Source: Bacteroidales bacterium
Lineage (GTDB): Bacteria > Bacteroidota > Bacteroidia > Bacteroidales > WCHB1-69
NCBI GenBank assembly: GCA_017551725.1
Contig: JAFZKY010000037.1
Location: forward strand, 123,595 to 187,594
DNA length: 64,000 bases
Direction of reading: 5' to 3'
How positions within the stretch are numbered: the stretch's first letter is position 1; each line of letters starts with the position of its first letter. A program made the translations under genes and the position numbers. The notes under the pieces were generated by a model, which made no database searches, was not told the origin of the DNA, and was given only the letters and a program-made list of their open reading frames with translations. Shown piece by piece: positions 1 through 7,860 of this stretch.

Positions 1-699
1 TTTTCCACCGTGGATGAAGCAGACAGGGGTGGTTTCATCTGCGTCTATCATTTCCGGATTGAAGATGCAACCCCAGAGCAATACGGCTCCTGCCACGCCA
101 AATGTTTGTTTGCGGGCCTCAGGTGTTCCCGTGGAGTGTAGCGAAGGAAATGCAGGCTTCTCGAATGTTTCCGCTGGACGTTCGTCCTCGTCCATGTACA
201 ATGCGTGGATAATGGCCACTGCCCCTGCCGACTGCCCCAGCAGGAAGATGCGGTTTGTATCGATGCGGTACTTCGCACTATTGGCCTTGAAGAAGCGTAC
301 CGCTGCACTCACATCCTGCGCCGCCATATAGCCGGTACGCACCAACCCCTTGGCTGAAAACTTCTTGGCGGGCATCACTCGATAGTCAATGGAGGCGGCG
401 GCATAACCATTTTCGGCAAAGCGGGTACACCATGCTTGCATGTCGGCCCAGTCGCGGGAGCCAAGCACGAAGCCGCCGCCGAACAGCGTGATGACCAGAG
501 GACGAAGCGTGTCAGACCTGTCCGACGGTTCGTAGAAGTCGAAGCAAAGTTTCTGCGGATGCGATTTTTCTGGAACAGACACCGGCGTATATACAATGTT
601 GTAGGGAAGCCCACGACGAACAATGATCTGGGGAGGCTGCGCGAAAACGCTTTCGCCCATCAACAAAATTGCAAACCAAATAAACGCGTGTCTTTTCAT
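1..699 (-). CDS. secreted alpha/beta-hydrolase fold esterase/lipase-type protein (3' end runs off window)
   Basis: Absent from the ORF track because it stays open to position 1. Reverse translation from the ATG at 699-697 gives MKRHAFIWFAILLMGESVFAQ (signal peptide), then ITLFGGGF (oxyanion-hole type motif), LLGQSAGA (GxSxG nucleophile elbow) and CFIHGGK at the window edge. Confidence 0.75.
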   Translation of the reverse strand, partial: MKRHAFIWFAILLMGESVFAQPPQIIVRRGLPYNIVYTPVSVPEKSHPQKLCFDFYEPSDRSDTLRPLVITLFGGGFVLGSRDWADMQAWCTRFAENGYAAASIDYRVMPAKKFSAKGLVRTGYMAAQDVSAAVRFFKANSAKYRIDTNRIFLLGQSAGAVAIIHALYMDEDERPAETFEKPAFPSLHSTGTPEARKQTFGVAGAVLLWGCIFNPEMIDADETTPVCFIHGGK

Positions 700-749
700 A
701 ACCTTTCATCAGGTTTCGACCCGCGAAAATACATTTTTTAAGCTTCCAA

Positions 750-3050
750 TTAAAACCTTACCCTCACACCTCCCAGGAAGTTGATGCCGGCCTGCGGGAA
801 GTAGCCCGTGTCATAGTATTTGCCCGGTTCATCCTCATAGTAAGAGGTGTAGATCCAGGCATTGCTTTCATACTTGGCGTTGAAGAGGTTGTTGACATGG
901 AAGAAGAGTTCCAAGTCCTTCAAGCATTTGAAATGGAAGGTGTATGAAAGACGCAGATTGCTGTAGGAGTACGGCCTCAAGCAATACGTGTCATCGCCGG
1001 AATTGTCGAGATATTGCTTGCCGACAAACTTGGTGGTCAAGGAGATGTTGAAGTCCTTGAGCGGGGTGAAGGTGAAGTCGTTGCCCAGAATCACGCCTGG
1101 CGAGAAGGAAATCGGGGTGTTGCCCAGTTCTTGGCGCACCTGTCCGTCCCAGTCCCAGTTCTCACCGGAATAGTGGTCCACATAGTTCACGTAATTCACG
1201 ATCCTGTTTATGCTGAGGTTTCCGTTGAAATGCCACGTGAAGAAGCGCACGGGACGGTAGCCCACTGACAGTTCAATGCCGCCGCGAAAGCTTTTATCCA
1301 CATTGGTCATCAGCGCGTCGCCGGTCTGGTCCAGCTCACCGGTGCGCACCAACTGGTTCTTGTAGTTCATGCCATACAGCGTGGCGTTGAGGAAAAACTT
1401 GTCGTTATGAGCCAAATAGCTGAATTCCAAATTGTAAAGAGTTTCCGGAATCGGTTTTCGATCATTTGGAGCCGCCACAAGGTCGTCGCGGGTGGGCTCG
1501 CTGTTGGCTGTGGAAAAGGAGAGGTCGAAGCTGTGTTTCAGTTTTCCACCGTTCAGGTAATAGTGCAGCGCGATTCTGGGGTTCACAAAGTTCCAGTTAT
1601 ATCGCTGCGCAATGTCCATCATATCATCGTTGGTACCGTCAATGACATAGTTGATGTGGCGATATTGCAATTCAGCCGTCACACTGAATTTCTTGTACCA
1701 GTAGCGCAGTCCGCCGAAAAACTTGGTCTGCGTCTTGTGACCAGTGCCGTAATACCATTGGTAATCACACGGATAGTCCTGCACGCGGTTGGGCTGCGCC
1801 CAGATCAGATTTCCGAAATGCTTGCCGTCATAGCGACTGTTGTCCATACCCACCACCCAGCGCAGGCCTTGGTCGGTATGGTTGCGGAACACTTGCGAGC
1901 CGGTATATTGTGCATGGATTCCATAAAAATAGTTGTCCAGATATTTTTGCGTGATGAAATCCGCCTTTTTGATGGAGTCATACAACGGTTCAAGCCCGAA
2001 ATTCCGGATTTTCTTGTTGTCTTTGTATTGCTGATAATAGCCTTCTCCACGCGTCAGGTAAGGCATCATCTGTAATTTGTGATGCTGAAGTCCGTCCTGA
2101 CGGATCCAGTCTTTCAGGTATTCCAGTTGATAGAATGTCTGGGTGTAATTGTCCTTGGAATCCGTATAATAGTGGCGTTGGCCGTCGTCTGTGTAATATT
2201 CGCCGCAGGGATTGTAGGTGCGGTTGGTGGCGAGGCTGTCATACGGAATGCCGCTCCAGGCGAGCCCCGTATGCTCGGTGCCGAACAGGAGATGGAACCT
2301 CAGTTTGCCGTAGTCCTTATTTTTCTTGAAGTTGTAAAGATTGTACTGCGCGGTGAGGAAACCGGAGTTGAGGCGCACGCCGGAATAGTCAAGGAAGCCG
2401 TCGCTGCGGATGTCGGAGAAGGAGGCCAGCATGGAGAAGTGTTTGCCGATAAGGCCGGTGCCTGCGCTCACCATGTTGTGAAAGGTGTTGTATGAGCCGT
2501 AGGAGCTGCGCACCTCGGCAAATGGTCTGTCGGGAATCTCCTTGGTCATAAAGTCGATACGAGTGCTGAAAAGCGTGCTGCCATCGTTGGAGTTGGCGCC
2601 GTTTTGCACGCTCACCTGCCCGATGTAGGCGGCCATATCGGGGAGGTTGACGAGCCAGGAGCCCTGCGACTCGGCATTGTTGATGGTCACTCCGTTGAGG
2701 GTGGTGTTGATGCGCGTCTGGTCGATGCCACGGATGAACATGTAGGTGGCGCCGAGGCCGTTGCCGCCATCCGAAGTGGTGACCACGGAGGGCATCAGCT
2801 CCAGCAGATTGTTGACGCTTCCGTTACCCTGCTGCGCGCGGATCTGCGGCATCGACATGGTGGTGACGTTGGCCGCCGTCTGCACCGTGGGCTTGGTGAA
2901 CTGGATGGTCACTTCCTCCACCTCGCCGCGCTGCACGGTGTCGATTTGTGCCGAAAGCATCGGAGACAACACAATGAGGAACAATAGGGTAACAAAGGAG
3001 TTGACTATGAACTCTGAACCATGAACTTTGAACTTTAAACTTTGAAACAT
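750..3050 (-). CDS. TonB-dependent outer-membrane receptor, TPP-riboswitch controlled (probable thiamine/thiamine-precursor uptake)
   Basis: 766-aa ORF with a signal peptide (..LLFLIVLSPMLSAQ) and a plug-like region (LMPSVVTTSDGGNGLGATYMFIRGIDQTRINTTLNGVTINN). A long barrel ends ..GGVRVRF with a terminal aromatic residue. A THI-box lies about 70 nt upstream. Confidence 0.85.
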   Translation of the reverse strand: MFQSLKFKVHGSEFIVNSFVTLLFLIVLSPMLSAQIDTVQRGEVEEVTIQFTKPTVQTAANVTTMSMPQIRAQQGNGSVNNLLELMPSVVTTSDGGNGLGATYMFIRGIDQTRINTTLNGVTINNAESQGSWLVNLPDMAAYIGQVSVQNGANSNDGSTLFSTRIDFMTKEIPDRPFAEVRSSYGSYNTFHNMVSAGTGLIGKHFSMLASFSDIRSDGFLDYSGVRLNSGFLTAQYNLYNFKKNKDYGKLRFHLLFGTEHTGLAWSGIPYDSLATNRTYNPCGEYYTDDGQRHYYTDSKDNYTQTFYQLEYLKDWIRQDGLQHHKLQMMPYLTRGEGYYQQYKDNKKIRNFGLEPLYDSIKKADFITQKYLDNYFYGIHAQYTGSQVFRNHTDQGLRWVVGMDNSRYDGKHFGNLIWAQPNRVQDYPCDYQWYYGTGHKTQTKFFGGLRYWYKKFSVTAELQYRHINYVIDGTNDDMMDIAQRYNWNFVNPRIALHYYLNGGKLKHSFDLSFSTANSEPTRDDLVAAPNDRKPIPETLYNLEFSYLAHNDKFFLNATLYGMNYKNQLVRTGELDQTGDALMTNVDKSFRGGIELSVGYRPVRFFTWHFNGNLSINRIVNYVNYVDHYSGENWDWDGQVRQELGNTPISFSPGVILGNDFTFTPLKDFNISLTTKFVGKQYLDNSGDDTYCLRPYSYSNLRLSYTFHFKCLKDLELFFHVNNLFNAKYESNAWIYTSYYEDEPGKYYDTGYFPQAGINFLGGVRVRF

Positions 3051-3117
3051 ACTCTTACAGTTTTGGTTTTTAATAAATTAAACAATACTGAAAGAGGGAT
3101 TTGGAAATAGAAACGTT

Positions 3118-3192
3118 TGTCTCCCTACGGCGGCATTATCCGCATCAGGTTCAACGGGTCTGATCTCAGCCTTTCGGCACCCCTTTCAAAAC
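3118..3192 (-). promoter_or_regulatory. TPP (THI-box) riboswitch aptamer
   Basis: The minus strand reads GAAAGGGGUGCCGAAAGGCUGAGAUCAGACCCGUUGAACCUGAUGCGGAUAAUGCCGCCGUAGGGAG. This matches the conserved TPP aptamer blocks GGGGUGC / GGCUGAGA / ACCC / ACCUGAU..GGAUAAUGCC.GCGUAGGGA. It sits between a -7 promoter box and the receptor start codon. Confidence 0.93.
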
Positions 3193-3197
3193 GGCGG

Positions 3198-3205
3198 CAA
3201 AGATA
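3198..3205 (-). promoter_or_regulatory. Bacteroidota-type -7 promoter box (TATCTTTG) for the riboswitch/receptor transcript
   Basis: The reverse complement of caaagata is TATCTTTG, which matches the TAnnTTTG consensus. It lies immediately 5' of the aptamer. Confidence 0.55.
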
Positions 3206-3263
3206 CAATATTATTTCCAAAAGACACAATATTATGTCCAATGGCGCGTTTTGAAAAAAAATG

Positions 3264-3271
3264 TACATTTG
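3264..3271 (+). promoter_or_regulatory. -7 promoter box (TACATTTG) for the flotillin operon
   Basis: TAnnTTTG match 70 nt upstream of the ATG at 3341, in a divergent intergenic region. Confidence 0.5.
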
Positions 3272-3340
3272 CCCCCGTACATTATTTAGCATTACAACAT
3301 AGTTACATAGCAACATTTAACCAAACAAAACACACACATT

Positions 3341-4858
3341 ATGAGTTCATACACTACCATTATCATTATTGCGGCCGTCATCCTGGGCTTTATCCTCATC
3401 ATCTCCTACGTTAAAACACCACCCAAAGAGGCCATGATCATCTCAGGTCTCTCCAAACAGCCCCGCGTGCTGATTGGCAAAGGCGGGTTCCGGATCCCGT
3501 TTTTCGAGCGTATCGACAAAGTGTTCCTCGGCCAGACCTCCGTGGACATCAAGACCAGCACCTCGGTGCCCACCAACGACTTCATCAACGTGATGGTGGA
3601 TGCGGTGGCCAAGATCCGCGTCATGAACACGCCGGAAGGTATCCGTCTGGCTGCCAAGAACTTTCTGAACATGTCGGAGAAGGACATCGCCGCGCAGTGC
3701 AAGGACTCGCTGGAGGGCAACATGCGTGAAGTCATCGGCGCCGTCACGCTGAAGAACCTCAACATTGACCGCGACGGCTTCTCGGACCAGATTGCCAAGA
3801 AGGCCGGTCCCGACATGGCCAAACTGGGTATTGAGATCATCTCCTGCAACATCCAGAACATCACAGACGAGGTGGGCTTGATCAAGGATTTGGGTGCCGA
3901 CAACACCTACGCCATCCGCAAGCAGGCCGCCATCACCAAGGCCGAGGCCGAGCGCGACATCGCCATCAAGCAGTCGGAAGCCAAGAAGGCCGCCAACGAC
4001 GCGCGCGTACTCAACGAGACCATCATCGCCGAAAAGAACAACGAGCTGGCAGTGAAGATTGCCGACCTCAAAGTGGTGGAAGACACGCAGAAAGCCAAGG
4101 CGGATGCCGCCTACATGATCCAGCAGCAGGAGCAGCAGAAGACGGTGAACGAGAAGACCGTGGAGGCCGTGGCCGCCAAGAGCATCCTCGAACAGGAGAA
4201 GCAGAAGGTCATCAACTCCAAGCAGGTGGAGGCCCAGATTGAAAAGGCGAAACGCGAGCAGGAGCTGACCGCCGAAAAGGTTAAGATTCAACAGAATACA
4301 TTGGAAGCTGAAATTCAGAAGAAAGCCGATGCCGACAAGTACAACACGGAGATCTCCGCCGCCGCCGAGCTGGAACAGCGCAAGCGCAACGCGGAAGCCG
4401 CCGCCTACGAGGCTGAGCAGAATGCCAAGGCAGTGCGTGCTCTGGCCGAGGCCGAACAGTACAAGATGGAGCAAGAGGCTATCGGTAAAAAGAAAATCGC
4501 CGATGCCGAGGCCTACGCCATCGAGCAGAAAGGTAAAGCCGAAGCCGAGGCTCTGCGCCTGAAGGCTGAGGCTTACAAGGAGTACGGCGATGCCGCCAAG
4601 GCCCAGATGGTCATTGAGAAGCTGCCGGAAATCGCCGCCAGCATCGCCGAGCCCATCGCCGCCATCAAGGACGTGCGCATCTACGGCAACGATGGCAAGG
4701 GTGTGGCCGAGATGTCGGGCAATGTGCCCACCGTCATCCGCCAGACTATGGATGTGGTATCCGACGCCACTGGCGTGAACATGGGTGAGATCATGAAGAC
4801 CACCACGCTGGAAGGCGCCGTGAAACGGACATCCCAGAAAAACAGCAATAACCAATAA
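3341..4858 (+). CDS. flotillin-like SPFH/band-7 family protein
   Basis: 505 aa with an N-terminal TM segment (IIIIAAVILGFILIISYV). An SPFH-like core follows (RIPFFERIDKVFLGQTSVDIKT..VDAVAKIRV), then a roughly 250-aa A/E/K/Q-rich coiled-coil region typical of bacterial flotillins. Confidence 0.85.
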   Translation: MSSYTTIIIIAAVILGFILIISYVKTPPKEAMIISGLSKQPRVLIGKGGFRIPFFERIDKVFLGQTSVDIKTSTSVPTNDFINVMVDAVAKIRVMNTPEGIRLAAKNFLNMSEKDIAAQCKDSLEGNMREVIGAVTLKNLNIDRDGFSDQIAKKAGPDMAKLGIEIISCNIQNITDEVGLIKDLGADNTYAIRKQAAITKAEAERDIAIKQSEAKKAANDARVLNETIIAEKNNELAVKIADLKVVEDTQKAKADAAYMIQQQEQQKTVNEKTVEAVAAKSILEQEKQKVINSKQVEAQIEKAKREQELTAEKVKIQQNTLEAEIQKKADADKYNTEISAAAELEQRKRNAEAAAYEAEQNAKAVRALAEAEQYKMEQEAIGKKKIADAEAYAIEQKGKAEAEALRLKAEAYKEYGDAAKAQMVIEKLPEIAASIAEPIAAIKDVRIYGNDGKGVAEMSGNVPTVIRQTMDVVSDATGVNMGEIMKTTTLEGAVKRTSQKNSNNQ

Positions 4859-4869
4859 TCCTGATTATC

Positions 4870-5106
4870 ATGAAAAAAATAATTGCGTTGCTGCTTTCTG
4901 CCTTGGGATTTTTTACAGCCTGTGACGGGCCCGAACTCATGTACGGTCCTGTTCCTCCTGAACATTGGACGACACCTGACGACACCATGTCGGTGATGTA
5001 TGGTCCTGGTTACAAAACATTTGTGCCGGACAGACAAATGGATGTCATCCAGTCAAAAGATGAAGCGTCCTCCGAAGATACGCCGTTCACGGACGAGTCC
5101 AAATAA
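4870..5106 (+). CDS. small putative lipoprotein (radical-SAM-associated type)
   Basis: 78 aa with lipobox LGFFTAC. The mature part carries two MYGP motifs (LMYGPVPPE, VMYGPGYK) and an acidic tail. It starts 11 nt after the flotillin gene and ends 6 nt before the radical SAM gene. Confidence 0.7.
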   Translation: MKKIIALLLSALGFFTACDGPELMYGPVPPEHWTTPDDTMSVMYGPGYKTFVPDRQMDVIQSKDEASSEDTPFTDESK

Positions 5107-5112
5107 CCGCGT

Positions 5113-6186
5113 ATGAAATTAGGTTGGAAGAAACGGGCCGCGCTGGAGTTGTATCGCAAGTACCACGCCATCGAGGTGCGGGAGCACACGCTGCAACAGC
5201 TCTTTTGGGAGTGTACGCTCCGTTGTTACCTCAACTGCAAGCACTGCGGCAGCGACTGTACCGCCAAAAGCAACACACCCGACATGCCGGCGGAGGATTT
5301 TATGGCCGTCATCGACAAGCTCACGCCGCACGTGGACCCGCACAAGGTAATGGTCATCTTCTCGGGTGGCGAGCCGCTGATGCGCACCGACTTGGAGCAG
5401 GTGGCGAAGGAACTCCACAAGCGCGAATACCCTTGGGGGATGGTAAGCAACGGCATGTTGCTGGACCGTGCCCGTTTGGATTCGCTGTTGCGTGCAGGCT
5501 TGCAATCCATCACCATCAGTCTGGACGGCTTCGCCGAGGAGCACAACGCCATGCGCGGCCATCCCGACAGCTTCGACCGGGCCGTGGAATCCATCCGCAT
5601 GATTGCGACGGAGCCGAACCTAACCTACGATGTGGTTACCTGCGTCACGCCAAAAACATACCCATATTTGGACCAGTTCAAGGAATTCCTGATCGGCATC
5701 GGGGTGCGGCGCTGGCGCATCTTCACCATCTTCCCGGCGGGACGCGCAGCGGACGACGACAGCTTACAACTTACCCACGAACAGGTGCAAGGGATTATGG
5801 AGTTCATCAAGCGTGCCCGACAAGAGGGTCGCATCCATTTGAACTTCGCCTGCGAGGGTTTTCTCGGCCGCTACGAAGCCGAGGTGCGCGACTATTTCTA
5901 CCATTGCGCCGCCGGCGTGAACGCGGCCAGCATCCGCATCGACGGCAGCATCTCCGGCTGCACCAGCATCCGGCACAACTTCCATCAAGGCAACATCTAC
6001 AAGGACGACTTCTGGGACGTATGGCAGAACCGTTTCCAGGAGTTCCGCGACCGCCGCTGGGCCAAGACCGGCCCGTGCGAGCACTGCGAGGCCTTCCGCT
6101 ACTGCCAGGGCGGCGGTATGCACCAGCGCGACGACGAGCGCCAACTGGTGGATTGTCTGTATTTGAAGTTGAATAGTATTCAGTAA
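5113..6186 (+). CDS. radical SAM protein with C-terminal SPASM/twitch-like Cys cluster
   Basis: 357 aa. CYLNCKHC is the CX3CX2C radical SAM cluster motif. GGEPL is a SAM-binding glycine-rich motif. The C-terminal CEHCEAFRYC (CX2CX5C) plus upstream Cys residues fit an auxiliary Fe-S (SPASM) domain. Confidence 0.85.
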   Translation: MKLGWKKRAALELYRKYHAIEVREHTLQQLFWECTLRCYLNCKHCGSDCTAKSNTPDMPAEDFMAVIDKLTPHVDPHKVMVIFSGGEPLMRTDLEQVAKELHKREYPWGMVSNGMLLDRARLDSLLRAGLQSITISLDGFAEEHNAMRGHPDSFDRAVESIRMIATEPNLTYDVVTCVTPKTYPYLDQFKEFLIGIGVRRWRIFTIFPAGRAADDDSLQLTHEQVQGIMEFIKRARQEGRIHLNFACEGFLGRYEAEVRDYFYHCAAGVNAASIRIDGSISGCTSIRHNFHQGNIYKDDFWDVWQNRFQEFRDRRWAKTGPCEHCEAFRYCQGGGMHQRDDERQLVDCLYLKLNSIQ

Positions 6187-6187
6187 T

Positions 6188-6294
6188 CAGGGATCAGGGG
6201 ACAGGGGTCAGTGATCAGTTAATAGTTGTCGTTCATTGTTCATTATTAACTATTAATTATTAATTGTTAATTATTAATTATTAATTGTTCATGG
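6188..6294. repeat. 7-nt-phased tract of about 15 units (CAG-phase heptamers, then AT-rich heptamers)
   Basis: CAG/TAG/YRT recur at 6188, 6195, 6202, 6209, 6216, 6223 ... 6286, exactly 7 nt apart: cagggat cagggga caggggt cagtgat cagttaa tagttgt cgttcat tgttcat tattaac tattaat tattaat tgttaat tattaat tattaat tgttcat. The tract starts 1 nt after the stop codon at 6184-6186. Confidence 0.8.
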
Positions 6295-6342
6295 TTGAAA
6301 TTCAAAACCCCACACCCGACATGCTATATGATTTTTTTTGAT

Positions 6343-6350
6343 TATTTTTG
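6343..6350 (+). promoter_or_regulatory. -7 promoter box (TATTTTTG)
   Basis: TAnnTTTG match 20 nt upstream of the preferred start at 6371. Confidence 0.45.
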
Positions 6351-6370
6351 CATGTTTAATAATTCCCCTT

Positions 6371-7249
6371 ATGCAATCGAACAAAAACATTTTACTTACG
6401 TGTTGCATCGCATTGTTTGCGGTGACGACTGCTTTCTCACAATCGTTGATGTGGAAGGTAAGCGGGAAGTCGCTCAGGTCGCCCTCCTACCTGTACGGCA
6501 CCATCCACATCCAGGACCAGCGGGTGTTTAACTTCGACAGCACCGTCTATCGGGCGCTTGCTTCCTGCGAGGCCTTCGCCATGGAGGTGCTGATGGACGA
6601 ACTGGACATGACGCAGGTGCAGACGAGCATGTATCTGCCGAAGGGGAAAACGCTTTCGGGCTTGATGCCCAAGGAGGATTTTGCCCGGCTGGACAGTTTT
6701 TGCAAAGCGCGCATCGGCACGAGCGTGATTTTTCTGAACACCATGAAGCCGATGTTCCTGAGCAGCGCCCTGGAGCAGGCCGTCATGCCCACCGATCAGG
6801 ACATGGCACTGGACGTCTTTTTCCTGCAGCAAGCCCGTAACCAAGGAAAGCTATGCTTTGGGGTGGAGGACTACACCGACCAGATGAAGGCGCTGGATGC
6901 CATTTCGCTTGACCAACAGATTGACATACTGATGCATGTGGTGGACGCGCCCGCAGACGAGAGCGAAAAGATGTACGACTCGCTGCTTCACGCCTACCTC
7001 GCCTTCGACTTCGGGGAGATGATGCGTTTATTTGCCGACACGTCGCTGCCCAGCGAGTTCAATTCAGTGTTGCTCGACAAGCGTAATGTGGTAATGTTGA
7101 AGAAGTTTGAATCCCTGGCCAAGGCTCACACGCTGTTCTGTGCCGTCGGAGCCGCGCACCTGGGCGGCGACAAGGGCCTGATAGCCATGCTGCGGAAAAA
7201 GGGATATACGGTGGATCCGGTGATTTTTGAATGGAAAAATAATTTTTAA
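6371..7249 (+). CDS. TraB/GumN family protein
   Basis: I prefer the start at MQSNKNILLTCCIALFAVTTAFSQ (signal peptide) over the ORF-track start at 6338, which overlaps the promoter box. Family motifs are SYLYGTIHIQD and CAVGAAHLGGDKGLIAMLRKKGYTV. Confidence 0.75.
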   Translation: MQSNKNILLTCCIALFAVTTAFSQSLMWKVSGKSLRSPSYLYGTIHIQDQRVFNFDSTVYRALASCEAFAMEVLMDELDMTQVQTSMYLPKGKTLSGLMPKEDFARLDSFCKARIGTSVIFLNTMKPMFLSSALEQAVMPTDQDMALDVFFLQQARNQGKLCFGVEDYTDQMKALDAISLDQQIDILMHVVDAPADESEKMYDSLLHAYLAFDFGEMMRLFADTSLPSEFNSVLLDKRNVVMLKKFESLAKAHTLFCAVGAAHLGGDKGLIAMLRKKGYTVDPVIFEWKNNF

Positions 7250-7271
7250 TTGTTATTCTATTTAAATATTG

Positions 7272-7279
7272 TATCTTTG
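7272..7279 (+). promoter_or_regulatory. -7 promoter box (TATCTTTG)
   Basis: TAnnTTTG match upstream of the 7350-9959 three-gene operon. Confidence 0.5.
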
Positions 7280-7349
7280 CCCCACCCTATTGAATGATTT
7301 TTTTTTTTAACCCACAAATATCAACATATATCCATTAAAATCCAATCTT

Positions 7350-7856
7350 ATGAAAAAATGTTTCCCTTTGTTTCTGCTGGCAGCAGTCCTGCTGTCGTCG
7401 TGTTCCGCCATATACACTTATCGTGAGTCCACGGCACGCTATGTGGAACCCATGCGGGCTGGGTTTATCACCCCGGTGGTGGCCGACATGAAAATCAACC
7501 CCACCAAGATTTCCTATACGGCAAAATTTGAGAACACACTCAGCAAAAGAGATGTAATCTCTATAATGAACGATGTGAACAACAACCGCGAGTCGGGCAT
7601 TGTGCTCACATGGAAGAAAAACACCATGGCTGCCGCGTTGAAACAACATCAGGCTGACGACATCATCACGCCCACATTCGAAATCACGCCCAGCGAAGAC
7701 CTTAAATACATCGAGGTGACCGTGACGGGTTATCCGGCCAACTACATCAACTACCGCAAGGCCACCCAAGAGGATGTCAACCTCATTGTGCCGTTCCTCG
7801 ACGACAACAAGAACCTGAAAACCGACGGTGTATTGATTATTAAGAAAAATAATTAA
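7350..7856 (+). CDS. hypothetical lipoprotein
   Basis: 168 aa with lipobox LLSSCSA. I recognise no other motif. Confidence 0.6.
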   Translation: MKKCFPLFLLAAVLLSSCSAIYTYRESTARYVEPMRAGFITPVVADMKINPTKISYTAKFENTLSKRDVISIMNDVNNNRESGIVLTWKKNTMAAALKQHQADDIITPTFEITPSEDLKYIEVTVTGYPANYINYRKATQEDVNLIVPFLDDNKNLKTDGVLIIKKNN

Positions 7857-7860
7857 ACAC

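Noticed and set aside
3900-4620. Apparent DNA-level repetitiveness (gcc/gag/aag-rich) inside the flotillin gene
   Set aside because: It reflects the Ala/Glu/Lys/Gln-rich coiled-coil region of the protein and is not a discrete repeat element.
3443-4855. 470-aa ORF antisense to the flotillin gene
   Set aside because: It is a mirror ORF of a gene with clear SPFH/flotillin motifs. The product is a G/L/V/H/D-rich low-complexity sequence with no signal or domain. It stays open only because the sense strand's GC-rich third positions remove stops from the antisense frame.
5124-6176. 350-aa same-strand alternative-frame ORF overlapping the radical SAM gene
   Set aside because: The translation is Arg/Gly/Pro/Ala-rich nonsense, whereas the 5113 frame carries the CX3CX2C and SPASM motifs.
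6188-6294. Repeat tract considered as a CRISPR array or minisatellite
   Set aside because: The period is 7 nt with degenerate units and there is no repeat-spacer architecture. No cas genes are in the window.
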